The position numbers and the translations under genes were made by a program. The notes beneath the pieces were generated by a model. It was not told the DNA's origin and ran no database searches. It worked only from the letters and a program-made list of their open reading frames with translations. A stretch of 64,000 nucleotides of DNA from Fimicolochytrium jonesii (taxonomy: Eukaryota). Positions 1-9,914 of the stretch are shown piece by piece (the stretch's first letter is position 1; every line of letters begins with the position of its first letter). The DNA lies in assembly GCF_025526975.1 (NCBI RefSeq), contig NW_026515669.1:1612001-1676000 (forward strand), in the 5' to 3' direction.

Positions 1-20
1 ACGTCCTTTCCATCGTCGGA

Positions 21-3000
21 ATGGACGCCGAGTGCTTACTAGGTCGTCCATTTCTGGAGATGGTAATGGGCATCACCCATTGGAAGAATTCCATTTACCA
101 TTTCAAGATTCACGGCTCCTGGATCCTCGTCCAAGGTAGCACTGGAGAGACGCGCGAAGTCCGTACCCTCACGGCGGCCGAGGAACGTGAATGGGATCAG
201 CACGGTCGTACACCCCTTCTCGATATCACTCCTCCGGCGCCACGCACCCGTTCCCAAACCAGGCAAGCCAACATCTCCTCATTGATCGCTGACGGCTTCA
301 AGGTGGAGATCGATCACACGGGCGATCAGACGCTCGCTGACATTCGTAGTGGCGCTCTCTTCGGCATACTACAAACTGAGCCCTGTCCACCCCTACCCGG
401 CGACTACTATTCCCCGGATTCCGATCAGATGGATTTCCGCATCAACCTGCTACGCACCTTCGCGAATGCCCCGGTCCCCAACCAGATCACCGTCCCGGCT
501 TTCCGACAACTTAAACAGGCTTTGCAACTCGAGCCCAAACTGCCCGAATTCACTCTCCCCGCGACACATGAGTTCCGCTTCCTCACGTGGAATGTTAATT
601 CTTTGCGCAACCTCGTCCGCAAGGGGGTCGACCTGGGCTCCCTCTTCAACCGCCTGAACCTCGATATCGTTTGTTTCCAAGAAATCAAGTGTTCGCGTTC
701 TTCATTACCGCTGTCGCTCACGGACATTCCGGGTTACCGCTCCTTTTGGTCGCTCAGTGAGACCAAACAAGGTGTCAAAGGCGTTGGGACGTACGTCCGC
801 GCTGAGTTAGCCGCTACGCTACGCAAGGTCACAACCGACGCTGATCTACCGATCGACCCGGACGCCGATTGTGAGGGCCGTGTTCTCGCCCTCGACTTCG
901 ACCAATGCACCGTGATCAACGTCTATTATCCGAACGGCGGGATGGGCGACGCTGATCAACAGGCTCATGCGATTACTTCCAAGATCGCCCTCCATCAGAC
1001 TCTGCTTCAGATCGCCACCGCGGCCCGGACGAGCGGACGACACGTCATATTCGCCGGCGATTTCAACGTTGCGCATACCGATTCGGATGTTCACCCCAAC
1101 CTGAAACACCAGATGCACACCGGTGTGACCCCAGCGGAGCGACAACTGCTCACGCATTTGACCGATCACAATTTCGTCGACACTTACACTACCTGCCACC
1201 CTGACGCGCCGGCCGGTGATGGCTACACCACATGGTGGTTCTCCAAGCACGCGCGCGAACGGAACATTGGGCTTCGACTCGATTATGTCTTCCTCGGTCT
1301 GCCGGATGCGGATTATACTCCTCGTATCACTTGCAATGTCCTGCACGAACTCCACGGCTCCGATCACGTTCCGCTGTTATTCACCCTACGCACCATAGTC
1401 AAAGAAACGATCCCCGAGTATCACGCCAAGATGTCGTCGTTAGTCAACGCTTCCCCGGAGTACGTTTCGCCCCTAGCCCCCCGCGACTCACCTACGCTCG
1501 TCCGCCAAGTCGCCGGCATCACTATCGAGTCGATCACTGCGCGATCCATACGCCCGACACCCATGCGCCCACTCAAGGTCGGCACCCGCACCTTCCAGGT
1601 TGCCGAAGATTTACCACCCGCGGTCGTTACCGAGTTAGAACAACTTCTTCACGAATACCACGACGAGTTCTGCAATAAAGACGAAGTGCCCCGCACCTTC
1701 AAGAACGTGCCTGAAATGAATCCGGTCTTGAAGCCCGACCATACCGGTCAACGCAAACTCCCTTTCCCGAAAACGCGCGCGCACAGCCCCAAGGATACCA
1801 AGGTGTTAAACGAATGGTGCGACCGGATGCTCCGGTGGGACAAGATCGAGCCGGTTACCGATCCCCCAGTGGTCGCTGCGCTGCCCATCGTCGTCTACAA
1901 GAATGGTGTAGCGCGGGTATGTGCGCACTTCAAGGTCAACAGCGAGATCCAAGCTTTCCGGTACCCCATCATTCCCGCTCACCTTACCTTGCAACGTGTC
2001 GCCGCGGCCGACCGCATCACGGCCTTCGACTTCCGCCTCGGCTATCATCAGTCCCCACTCCATGTCGCCGCTCGTTACCTCACCACCATCTTACTTCCGC
2101 GCGGGATTTATCAGTACAAAGTCGGACCCATGGGCTTCATCGACACGGGCGAATGGTTCTCCTTCCAAATCGACACCATGATCGGCGAAGTCAAGTTACT
2201 CAAGGACCACACCCACCTCTTTCGCGACGACGCTTACCTGTGCGAAGACAATTTAACAGACCACTCCAGACCCACACACATTGACCGCCTCCGCGCATTC
2301 TTGGAAACCGCCCGCACTCACAACGCTTCAATCTCCGAGCACAAATGTCTCTTCGCCGCTGGCCGGGTCCCCGCGCTGGGCAAACTCGTCGGCAATCGAC
2401 AAATCGCGACCACCGCCAGTAAACTTGACGTCGTCGCCCAGTGGCCTACCCCACGCCATCAAGAAGACCTCCGTTCCTTCCGCGGTTTCATCGGCTTCAT
2501 CTCGGACGGGCTTCCTGACTACGGTCTCTTGATGGCACCTTTGAATACGCTCCTCCGCAAAGAATTCGCCGATAAACGCAAGTTCCGCGCCGAATGGCTC
2601 CGCTCCCAAGAGTACTGTCGTGCCTTTTTAGATGTCAAGCAGCTCGCATCCGACAGCTTCGTTCTTCACGCATACGACCCTAATCGGCCGTTGATCATCG
2701 CCGCCGACGGGTCCGGTACCGGCGCCGGGGTTGTGGTCGCTCATTGTCTCGATCCCGCCGATGACTACCGGGTTACGGCCGACACTCGCTACGTTCCATG
2801 TGAATTCTTCTCCCGCACATGGACCGGAGCCGAGCTTCACTACGAACAACCCGAACGAGAATTGGCTGCCATCATTTTCGGGTTGCTGAAAGCGGAAGTC
2901 CACCTCACCTTCGAATTCTACATTATCACGGATCATCAAGCTTGGGTCAAGTGTCAGAACGCGCATACCAAGAATCGACGCATCCTCAAATGGTTCAACT

Positions 3001-4751
3001 ACATCAACGCACTCCCTACCGCTGACGGTTGGCCGAAATATATCTTCCGCCGCACGGCCGCCCACATCGACGCCGACGCTCTCTCCCGTCGACCCGCAGC
3101 CCCGAGCGAACTTCTCACTTCCACGATCGACGATGAGCTGGATCTGACGCATCCGTGCCCGCTGAACGACATTCACATCAGCGCCAACATCAACCTCCTC
3201 ACGCTCGGTTGGGAACCGTACGACTCCATTCACGCTTACCTCCGGGGAGATCACGCATTCCTTGGTACCGACCCGGCACACGCTACGCGCCTCCGCTCAT
3301 TGGCTCACCGCTTCTTCATCTACGACGGTCGCCTCTATCGCCGCAGCCTTCCTCGCATGCCACCCCGACTGGTCCCCCGTTTAGAGGATGTCGCAGCCAT
3401 CAAGCGTACCTTCCATGGCGACCATCCGGGCTCCTTCGGCCATCTCGGCGTCTTGACAGCGTATCAGATGATTGCCTTACGCTACTTCTGGTTCAACTTG
3501 TACAGCGACATTGAAGAGTGGGTGCGCGCCTGTCCAGTATGTCAGCTCCGTCAATTACGCCGCCCCAAGCAATACCAGCTGTTTCGCATCATTCCCCCGG
3601 CGCTCCTCTTCACGTTGTTAGGTCTCGACTGCGTCACCTACCCGAACGCCCAGATCGGTCGGTCTTCCCAAGTCTACGTCGGCTGCGTCTGCGTCATTGA
3701 TTACCCGTCCGGCTACGGTTGGGCCTACCCGCTCAAGGCGTTCGACGGCCTCAACATCGTTCTCGCGCTCCGCGATTGGTGCGCTCGGTATGGTGTCCCA
3801 GTTCACATCGTGGTTGACAACGCGCAGTATTTTATTGAAGGCGCATTCGCGGCATGGGCGTCCAGGAAATCGATCGAGCTCGTTCAAACGTCGACAATGC
3901 ACCCCATGGGGAATGGTCGGGCTGAGAAGTTTGTCCAGGACATCACTCGTGTTCTGTCTCACATCGTATTGCAACGGAACTTAGAAGCCAAGGTCGACCC
4001 CCCGGACCTGACGATTTGGCCCGACTGCCTCGATTCGGCGATGTACACTTACCTGAATCACGTCGCCCGGACCACAGCCGTTTCCCCCTACAACGTTGTA
4101 TTCGGCCAGCATTGCCACGTTCCCGGACATGCGACCTCCGGCCTGCTCGACCCGGAAGCGCTCGACACCTTGCTCACTGACGAATACCGCGCCGACCGCG
4201 ACGTCCTCCGCGCATGGGCTCTTCAGACCGCTAACCGCAACCGCATCCACGAAACCGAGGCCATCAACGCTACCCGCAAACCCCCGAGAACATATGCGGT
4301 CGGTGATTGGGTGTACGTTCATCGCAACGAGCTGGACACGACCTACGTCTCGACCCGCAAGCTCGTCAACCGTTGGACCGGTCCATATCAGATTTCCAAG
4401 GCTTACCCCGGTGGCGCCTATCTGCTCCTAGATGAACACGGGACCCCTGCTTTCAACTCGCGCCCTGTCAACCATCTCCGCTTAGTTCCCGCTCGAGTAC
4501 GCCCTGCGTGGTCCGGCCCCGCGTTTACCGCCGACCTCCCACTCCCGCTCCATGACGACCAATTGGATCCCCCTCCCAACGCTACGACTAAAGAGATCAA
4601 CAATGACTCTCTCTCCGTCCCTGAACCCATCCCGGACGACCTCCAAGTTTCCCTCGCCGTCCTTTCCGCGGCGCTTCCCTCAGACGACATCTCCTCAAAT
4701 CCTTGCGAACGCCCCGTCGATCCCGCCCATCCTGTTCGCCGCAGGTGTTGA
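21..4751 (+). CDS. pol: Ty3/gypsy pol polyprotein (5'-partial): protease C-term, ExoIII/APE endonuclease, RT, RNase H, zinc finger, integrase
   Basis: Single 1576-aa ORF, open to the window start. LLGRPFL protease tail; APE motifs TWNVN, CFQEIK, NVYYPN, GDFN, RLDY, SDH (about 570-1390); RT FDFRLGYHQ, PMG, FRDD; RNase H AADGSGTG, ERELAAI, TDH; H..H..CPVC; integrase GLD, VDNA, GRAEK. Confidence 0.92.
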   Translation: MDAECLLGRPFLEMVMGITHWKNSIYHFKIHGSWILVQGSTGETREVRTLTAAEEREWDQHGRTPLLDITPPAPRTRSQTRQANISSLIADGFKVEIDHTGDQTLADIRSGALFGILQTEPCPPLPGDYYSPDSDQMDFRINLLRTFANAPVPNQITVPAFRQLKQALQLEPKLPEFTLPATHEFRFLTWNVNSLRNLVRKGVDLGSLFNRLNLDIVCFQEIKCSRSSLPLSLTDIPGYRSFWSLSETKQGVKGVGTYVRAELAATLRKVTTDADLPIDPDADCEGRVLALDFDQCTVINVYYPNGGMGDADQQAHAITSKIALHQTLLQIATAARTSGRHVIFAGDFNVAHTDSDVHPNLKHQMHTGVTPAERQLLTHLTDHNFVDTYTTCHPDAPAGDGYTTWWFSKHARERNIGLRLDYVFLGLPDADYTPRITCNVLHELHGSDHVPLLFTLRTIVKETIPEYHAKMSSLVNASPEYVSPLAPRDSPTLVRQVAGITIESITARSIRPTPMRPLKVGTRTFQVAEDLPPAVVTELEQLLHEYHDEFCNKDEVPRTFKNVPEMNPVLKPDHTGQRKLPFPKTRAHSPKDTKVLNEWCDRMLRWDKIEPVTDPPVVAALPIVVYKNGVARVCAHFKVNSEIQAFRYPIIPAHLTLQRVAAADRITAFDFRLGYHQSPLHVAARYLTTILLPRGIYQYKVGPMGFIDTGEWFSFQIDTMIGEVKLLKDHTHLFRDDAYLCEDNLTDHSRPTHIDRLRAFLETARTHNASISEHKCLFAAGRVPALGKLVGNRQIATTASKLDVVAQWPTPRHQEDLRSFRGFIGFISDGLPDYGLLMAPLNTLLRKEFADKRKFRAEWLRSQEYCRAFLDVKQLASDSFVLHAYDPNRPLIIAADGSGTGAGVVVAHCLDPADDYRVTADTRYVPCEFFSRTWTGAELHYEQPERELAAIIFGLLKAEVHLTFEFYIITDHQAWVKCQNAHTKNRRILKWFNYINALPTADGWPKYIFRRTAAHIDADALSRRPAAPSELLTSTIDDELDLTHPCPLNDIHISANINLLTLGWEPYDSIHAYLRGDHAFLGTDPAHATRLRSLAHRFFIYDGRLYRRSLPRMPPRLVPRLEDVAAIKRTFHGDHPGSFGHLGVLTAYQMIALRYFWFNLYSDIEEWVRACPVCQLRQLRRPKQYQLFRIIPPALLFTLLGLDCVTYPNAQIGRSSQVYVGCVCVIDYPSGYGWAYPLKAFDGLNIVLALRDWCARYGVPVHIVVDNAQYFIEGAFAAWASRKSIELVQTSTMHPMGNGRAEKFVQDITRVLSHIVLQRNLEAKVDPPDLTIWPDCLDSAMYTYLNHVARTTAVSPYNVVFGQHCHVPGHATSGLLDPEALDTLLTDEYRADRDVLRAWALQTANRNRIHETEAINATRKPPRTYAVGDWVYVHRNELDTTYVSTRKLVNRWTGPYQISKAYPGGAYLLLDEHGTPAFNSRPVNHLRLVPARVRPAWSGPAFTADLPLPLHDDQLDPPPNATTKEINNDSLSVPEPIPDDLQVSLAVLSAALPSDDISSNPCERPVDPAHPVRRRC

Positions 4752-5017
4752 CTCTTCCTCTTTCGACTTCCCGCCTTTCTCCCGTTCCGCTTTTTTCTCG
4801 TTTCGGTTTTTTCGCTTTCGCTTCATCAACTCGAACGATCGCTCGCCTCCGTCACCACGCGCCCGCTAATGCCCCCGGGACGGTCCGTCTATACCGCGTC
4901 AGTGCCTCTGCGTCGATTAACGTCCTTTTCTTCTTCTTTTCGGTTTCGGATCACTTGTGTTGCGTCTTGTTTCGGTTTCTCGTGACTCGCTTGGCACTGT
5001 GGAGGCAGGGGGAGGAA

Positions 5018-5694
5018 TGTGGTGCGGTGAGGAAACAGGTCATATTGCCGCAACCCTAACTCCCTGCGGTAACCCTACCCCACTAGCTAGTTTATATCCC
5101 CAGTCACATGACTTGTTGTCGTATTTTTCTACTTGTACATATCCGCGCGCGACTGCGCCGGCTTTCTCTTTTCTTCTTTACCCATAATACATCTATATAT
5201 CCCTGCCTACCTCAACGCGTCCATACCATGCGCTTACCTCATGACAGCATCCCAACAGTCAGTCAATGTCAATTCCCTGTCAAAACCTGACATCTGCCAA
5301 ACCTCGCAGCCGCACGCAGCCGCGCTACCCCACACACCCACTGCCTTCATTTCTCCACGCAGCCGCACGTAGCCCCACCTCCCAACACTCGGCGCTTACA
5401 AACCCTTCTTCATACTTCCCCACGTACCCGCCCACAGCCTCAGCGTAGCCACCCCATCCCCAGTCTTCTGTTTCTATGCTTCCCCCACCCTTGGCGCTTC
5501 TCTTGGCTTCCCTCTCATTCCGCACCCTTCTGCTTCCCCACGCTTCCCCAGCCTTCCCAGAAAAGCATAAATAGCCGCCTCCCCTGAGCTCCCCACTTCC
5601 TGATCCCCCAGCAGATCAACACCAGTTCTTCCTAGTCTTGTTCTAGTTCTTGTTTCGGTCTGAATACCATTACCTGTCAACAACCTGCACCACA
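5018..5694 (+). repeat. 3' LTR of the APE-bearing gypsy element
   Basis: Purine tract GGAGGCAGGGGGAGGAA directly before TGTGGTGC; ends GCACCACA (8-bp inverted termini); internal ATAAATA box. Confidence 0.8.
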
Positions 5695-5727
5695 AGTCGC
5701 CTCTATTTCCGTCGGCTCCGCCCATTC

Positions 5728-6500
5728 TTAACACAGAGCCCATAACTCGTCAAGGACAGTCCGCTCAAGTCGTGTGAGGCGGGCAAACTCCTCTTCGGTT
5801 GGAAACTCTTCAAATGTCGCATACTTTGTAAACTGACGGACACGCTGATAATAGCGTCGCTGCTGCGCTCGGTTGACTCCGGCACGGAGATGCAGTACCA
5901 CTTGCTTCAAACCAAGCCTTTTATTGACGTAGCGCAGAAACATTTGCATGAAATGCTCTTGTACGTTGACTTTGAGGTTTGTGAGGATGCTTGTAGCCGT
6001 GTACGCTGCGATCTGTTGGCAATTTCGCATGCGGATGGGGACGAATCCCTGAACATTACAGTAGTCTTGAACCCATGGACGCAACTCTTGCGCGATGAGC
6101 GGATTGCCATTGTAGCCTGGATTGTTGAGCAGCTCAAACATCACACTGATGTGCTTGTCGGTGATGTCCGGGAAATCGTGTAGAGGATGATCAGCTGTGG
6201 TGGGCAGACGTAGTAGTCAGGACATTGTTTTATGGGAAATTTACAGTATAGTGTACCTCAAAAACTCACCAAGGTAGTACTTGATAAAGAAGGTGGTGTG
6301 GCGCGCAAGGACATGAACATCGGCGATGAACGTTGTCAGGCGCTCCCTTTGGACTTGATTGTGATTTTGGATTTGGTGAAGGGAAACCTTCGTGCTGGCG
6401 TGTGTCTGCGGGCGGGGTCGTTGAGCTGGTGGTGGTGGCGGGGGTGGTGGTGGCGGGGGTTCATACACCAGGGGTCCACCCGGTGTGCTGGGAAAAAGGA
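5728..6500 (-). pseudogene. Fanzor1 (eukaryotic TnpB homologue) N-terminal part, intron-containing, 3'-truncated; start uncertain
   Basis: Joining ORFs 6241-6771 and 5728-6144 across a GTGAGT...CTGAC...CAG intron (6195-6269) gives TKVSL..HVLARHTTFFIKYYL..TNLKVNVQEHFMQMFLRYVN..LERTVLDELW, closely resembling the SpuFz1 N-terminal region as recalled. No RuvC domain in the window. Confidence 0.8.
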
Positions 6501-7024
6501 AAGGGATGGGAGCGGGGAGGTTCAACGGACGCTGCAGACCCCTTTCCACAGGTGAAAGCCCTCGCTGCTGGTGCTGCCCGTCGTCATCGCCGGAACTCTC
6601 GCCAACCATGTCTGCAATTGCTTGGGGCAAGTGGCGATGGACAGAAGGTGGGAAATCGAATCGCGGGGGTTGCAATGGTGTGGCTGGCAGACGTATGGGC
6701 AACCGCGGGGGTAACCGGTGCAACGATCCTCCTCTTCCGCCGTGGTGTGGTAGCTCCGGTAAAGATGCCACAACACAGGTGCCCCTGGAGCGCCTGGTGT
6801 GATGGCATGATGGCTGTGCTGTGCCGAGACAGGTGTTGCAGGTGATTGCCGTGATAGCTGTGTGTCAAGAACTCGCGTCAGTGCCGTAGGCTGAGAGCGG
6901 GGAGGATTTACAGCCTGGCGCAGTTGTGGCGCAGTCGTGGCTTGTCCACACTGCTGCTGATCGCCGCATCTTCAAGACCACACTCTCCTCCTCTCACACG
7001 AAACGTCAAGCGCTCGCAGCTCAC

Positions 7025-7342
7025 GCAACTCATGCAGAGCACACTCTGAGCATGGAAGCGTCAAGCGCTCGCAGCGGACGACAGCCCCCTGGCCAACGCC
7101 CACCTCCTTCCAGCTCAAGCCCGGCAACTCACGCAGAGCACGCTCTGAGCATGCTCAGCGCCGACGAGGTGAGTGGCTGCTGTGCAGCCGTGGGCGGACC
7201 GCCTGGGCTCGCGGTCCATGTTGAGCACGACCGCCGCTTGCGGGAGGTCGACCTGCATGGGCTGTGCTGTCTGGGCGTGTTTGTCTGGGCGTGTTTGCTA
7301 TACGCTGACCTTGCGGTCCATGTTGAGCACGACCGCCGCTTG
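7025..7342. repeat. Two pairs of 30-bp direct repeats
   Basis: GCAACTCAYGCAGAGCACRCTCTGAGCATG at 7025 and 7124; GCGGTCCATGTTGAGCACGACCGCCGCTTG at 7211 and 7313. Confidence 0.75.
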
Positions 7343-7350
7343 AGGTCGCC

Positions 7351-8868
7351 TTGCCTGGGATGCGCTGCCGTGCCGCGGCAGTGGTCGCGATCGGGCTAGG
7401 TCTGCTAACACCTTCCCTCCCCCCCTTCCCCTCTACCGCGCCACAGGCCACGCCCCCCGTCGCACCCACCGCGGTCGAGGCTCTTCTGATGGGCATGGGC
7501 GAGAGCCGCGCCACAGGTATCTTCGGCGACACGGTGGCCTTTTTGTATCCCCTGCTGGTAGACGCCGGCCTTGCCGCCGGGGACGCCAGCCTAGAAGACA
7601 AGGCCAAGGCGATTGGCCTTTTTTCAAAGAAGATCAAGCAAGACAACCCCACCCTTTGGGGTTGGTGGATCAATAGGCCAACGCGGTCCCGTCACCAGAA
7701 GAAGCGCGCCAAGCACCACATTGGGCTCCAGTCCGGCATCATCGCCGCGATCAGCGATGGCAGTCTTACCACGGCCGACTTCTTGGTGGACCCCCAGCCC
7801 TCCGCTAGCCGCCCGGCTGTTCACATCGTGGTGCCAATGCCCGCCTCGTGCGATGGCTGGGAGGGCAAGATGGTCTTTGCGGGGTTTGGGGAGAGGCCGG
7901 CGAAGGCGAGGGGCCTGGATGAGCTTGAGCAAATTGAACCACGGGCGGGGGCCGACATCTACATCCGCGACGAGCACGGCGCCCTTGTGGCCACAATCTC
8001 GTACAATACCGCGGGGCGTCGCAAACACGACCTGCGGCTGGGGCTCATGATCGAGTCCTGTGGATCCCGGCCGGCTGTGGTTCGATGGAAGGCCTCAAGG
8101 GGCACAATGCATACCCCGGGGCTTTGTCGTGGCAACAAGAACTCGGGATATGCCAGGGGGACATCGCACTATTCAATGAAAGGAGGGGCAGACATGTCCG
8201 CAAAGAAGTTTCTCGTCGCCACGGAAAAGGCCTTCACCAAGCGACTGCTGCTGGAGCTCGCCAAACGCAACCCCACCGCGGTGGCCTACCTGATGATGGC
8301 CATGCCAGAGGTGTACGGGCCAAATTCCGATGAGTTCCCCCCGCTGTTCGCCTCCACCAACCATCAAGTGGTCGTTCACTCCGACCCGTCGGACGACGGC
8401 GTAGCCGGTGAGCTGAACCCACACACAGGCCGCGCCATATGGAAGCTGACCCCCAAGGAGGAGCTTCCGGAGGAGCTTCAGGCCCCCAAGCTCTGCACGC
8501 AATGGGTGGCAGGCTACGCCGCCGCTCCGCCAACCGTCGTCGGCGAGTGGATATTTGCGCTGCCAGAGCAAGGCCTCTACTTGGTGCTGCAGCCCGACTG
8601 CATGTGGACGTGGATGTCTGACAAGCTCCACAGAACGGCGGTGCTTGACACGTCCGGCGCCAGTCGCCACACGGCTGTTGTGACGCTGCCCCTGGCGACG
8701 GCCGCGGCCATCCGGAAATACGGCCTCCCTGATGAAGATGAGGACAATCCGTACCCACACCACCACCACAAAACGACCGCGAACCCTGCACCAACATCGT
8801 CGTGCGCCTCGAACAGGGCAAAACAATACGGCTCCTCAACTTCCACGCAAAGCAAAGTGGTTGAATGA
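7351..8868 (+). CDS. Putative 2OG-Fe(II) dioxygenase, divergent TET/JBP-like (start uncertain, possibly ATG near 7489)
   Basis: NHQVVVHSD (HxD) ... GEWIFALPEQGLYLVL ... WMSDKLHRT (distal H) ... RHTAVVT; a double-stranded beta-helix pattern. Confidence 0.5.
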   Translation: MPGMRCRAAAVVAIGLGLLTPSLPPFPSTAPQATPPVAPTAVEALLMGMGESRATGIFGDTVAFLYPLLVDAGLAAGDASLEDKAKAIGLFSKKIKQDNPTLWGWWINRPTRSRHQKKRAKHHIGLQSGIIAAISDGSLTTADFLVDPQPSASRPAVHIVVPMPASCDGWEGKMVFAGFGERPAKARGLDELEQIEPRAGADIYIRDEHGALVATISYNTAGRRKHDLRLGLMIESCGSRPAVVRWKASRGTMHTPGLCRGNKNSGYARGTSHYSMKGGADMSAKKFLVATEKAFTKRLLLELAKRNPTAVAYLMMAMPEVYGPNSDEFPPLFASTNHQVVVHSDPSDDGVAGELNPHTGRAIWKLTPKEELPEELQAPKLCTQWVAGYAAAPPTVVGEWIFALPEQGLYLVLQPDCMWTWMSDKLHRTAVLDTSGASRHTAVVTLPLATAAAIRKYGLPDEDEDNPYPHHHHKTTANPAPTSSCASNRAKQYGSSTSTQSKVVE

Positions 8869-9914
8869 AACTATTAGCATATCCGAAGATCAGGTTCGTC
8901 CCTCCCCGTCTCCTCCCCATCCCCCTTCTTCCACTCACCCCTATCTATTTTCCAGGGGCAATAGCTCTTTGCCCTCCTCCCCCGCCGGGTCGCCATCTCG
9001 CGCTCTCGGGGTCACCACACCAACAACAAGCGCCGTTCGGGCCGGCGTGCCCATCGGCGTCAAAGCCGCCAGCTGCTCGGGGAATGTGCTTTGGCATCTT
9101 CGTGTGTATCGATGCTACAAAACGTCAAGGATGCGACAGGACCCGTTTTGAGGAGATTGCGCTCCACCTTGACCACCAGCGTCAGTTAGCTTACCCCGTG
9201 ACGATAAACGGTGCACAGACGTCTGGTACCATGATCGGTGTTGGCTGGCGTGCAGGTACAGATCGTGGAAAAAGCATGGGGATCTACCAACCGCGAAAAA
9301 AGGATTCCGTCAGCAAGGAGAAGTGGGTCGCGTTACAAGCTGAGTTACCGAAGATCGAGGCACATTACGTATACTTTCTCAATAAGCTTTCGCCTTACCT
9401 CTTGTCTCGCATCAAAAAGCGGGCAAAGGAACTACGCGTGCCAAGCTTTTCACAAGCGGAATTCGGCAACCTCGTTGCAGACGACTCTCTCGCCAGCAAT
9501 ATCACCGCCACATGGGATGATTTTGCCAATAAATTCCACCGCGATAACCACACATCAAAATTCACATACGGAATCTGGCTCCCAGTATCGGACAAGACAG
9601 GCAAGCTGAAGAGCAAGGCGGATGGATTCGCCTGTCATGGTGGAGTCTTTGTGAATGCGGACTACCGTGTGTATGTGGATTTTGATGCGTGCGACGGCGT
9701 AGTCGAGATCGTTTGGCGAGGGCCTGAGGATGCACACGCAACCACATCATCCGTCAGAGGCCAAGACTCGAATCGCCTTGGGACCTCCGTTCAAATCAAT
9801 GAGAAGCTGGCAAAACGAGTCAAGCGGTTGTTGCAGCTACGGGAGGAGGAGGGTATCAATGCCGCGGCGGGACGCATCCGTGGGGTTGCGGAGACTTTAG
9901 AGCGATCGGGCTGA
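8865..9914 (+). CDS. Fungal TET/JBP-type 2OG-Fe(II) oxygenase (5' end probably spliced)
   Basis: GTMIGVGWR, SNITATWDDFANKFHRD (HxD), YGIW, GGVF..DYRVYVDFDACDGVVEIVW, HATT, RLGTSVQI. Confidence 0.8.
   Translation: MKLLAYPKIRFVPPRLLPIPLLPLTPIYFPGAIALCPPPPPGRHLALSGSPHQQQAPFGPACPSASKPPAARGMCFGIFVCIDATKRQGCDRTRFEEIALHLDHQRQLAYPVTINGAQTSGTMIGVGWRAGTDRGKSMGIYQPRKKDSVSKEKWVALQAELPKIEAHYVYFLNKLSPYLLSRIKKRAKELRVPSFSQAEFGNLVADDSLASNITATWDDFANKFHRDNHTSKFTYGIWLPVSDKTGKLKSKADGFACHGGVFVNADYRVYVDFDACDGVVEIVWRGPEDAHATTSSVRGQDSNRLGTSVQINEKLAKRVKRLLQLREEEGINAAAGRIRGVAETLERSG

Noticed and set aside
21..4751. LINE interpretation of APE plus RT
   Set aside because: Gypsy-type RNase H and integrase, a PPT and an LTR are present; there is no poly(A) tail.
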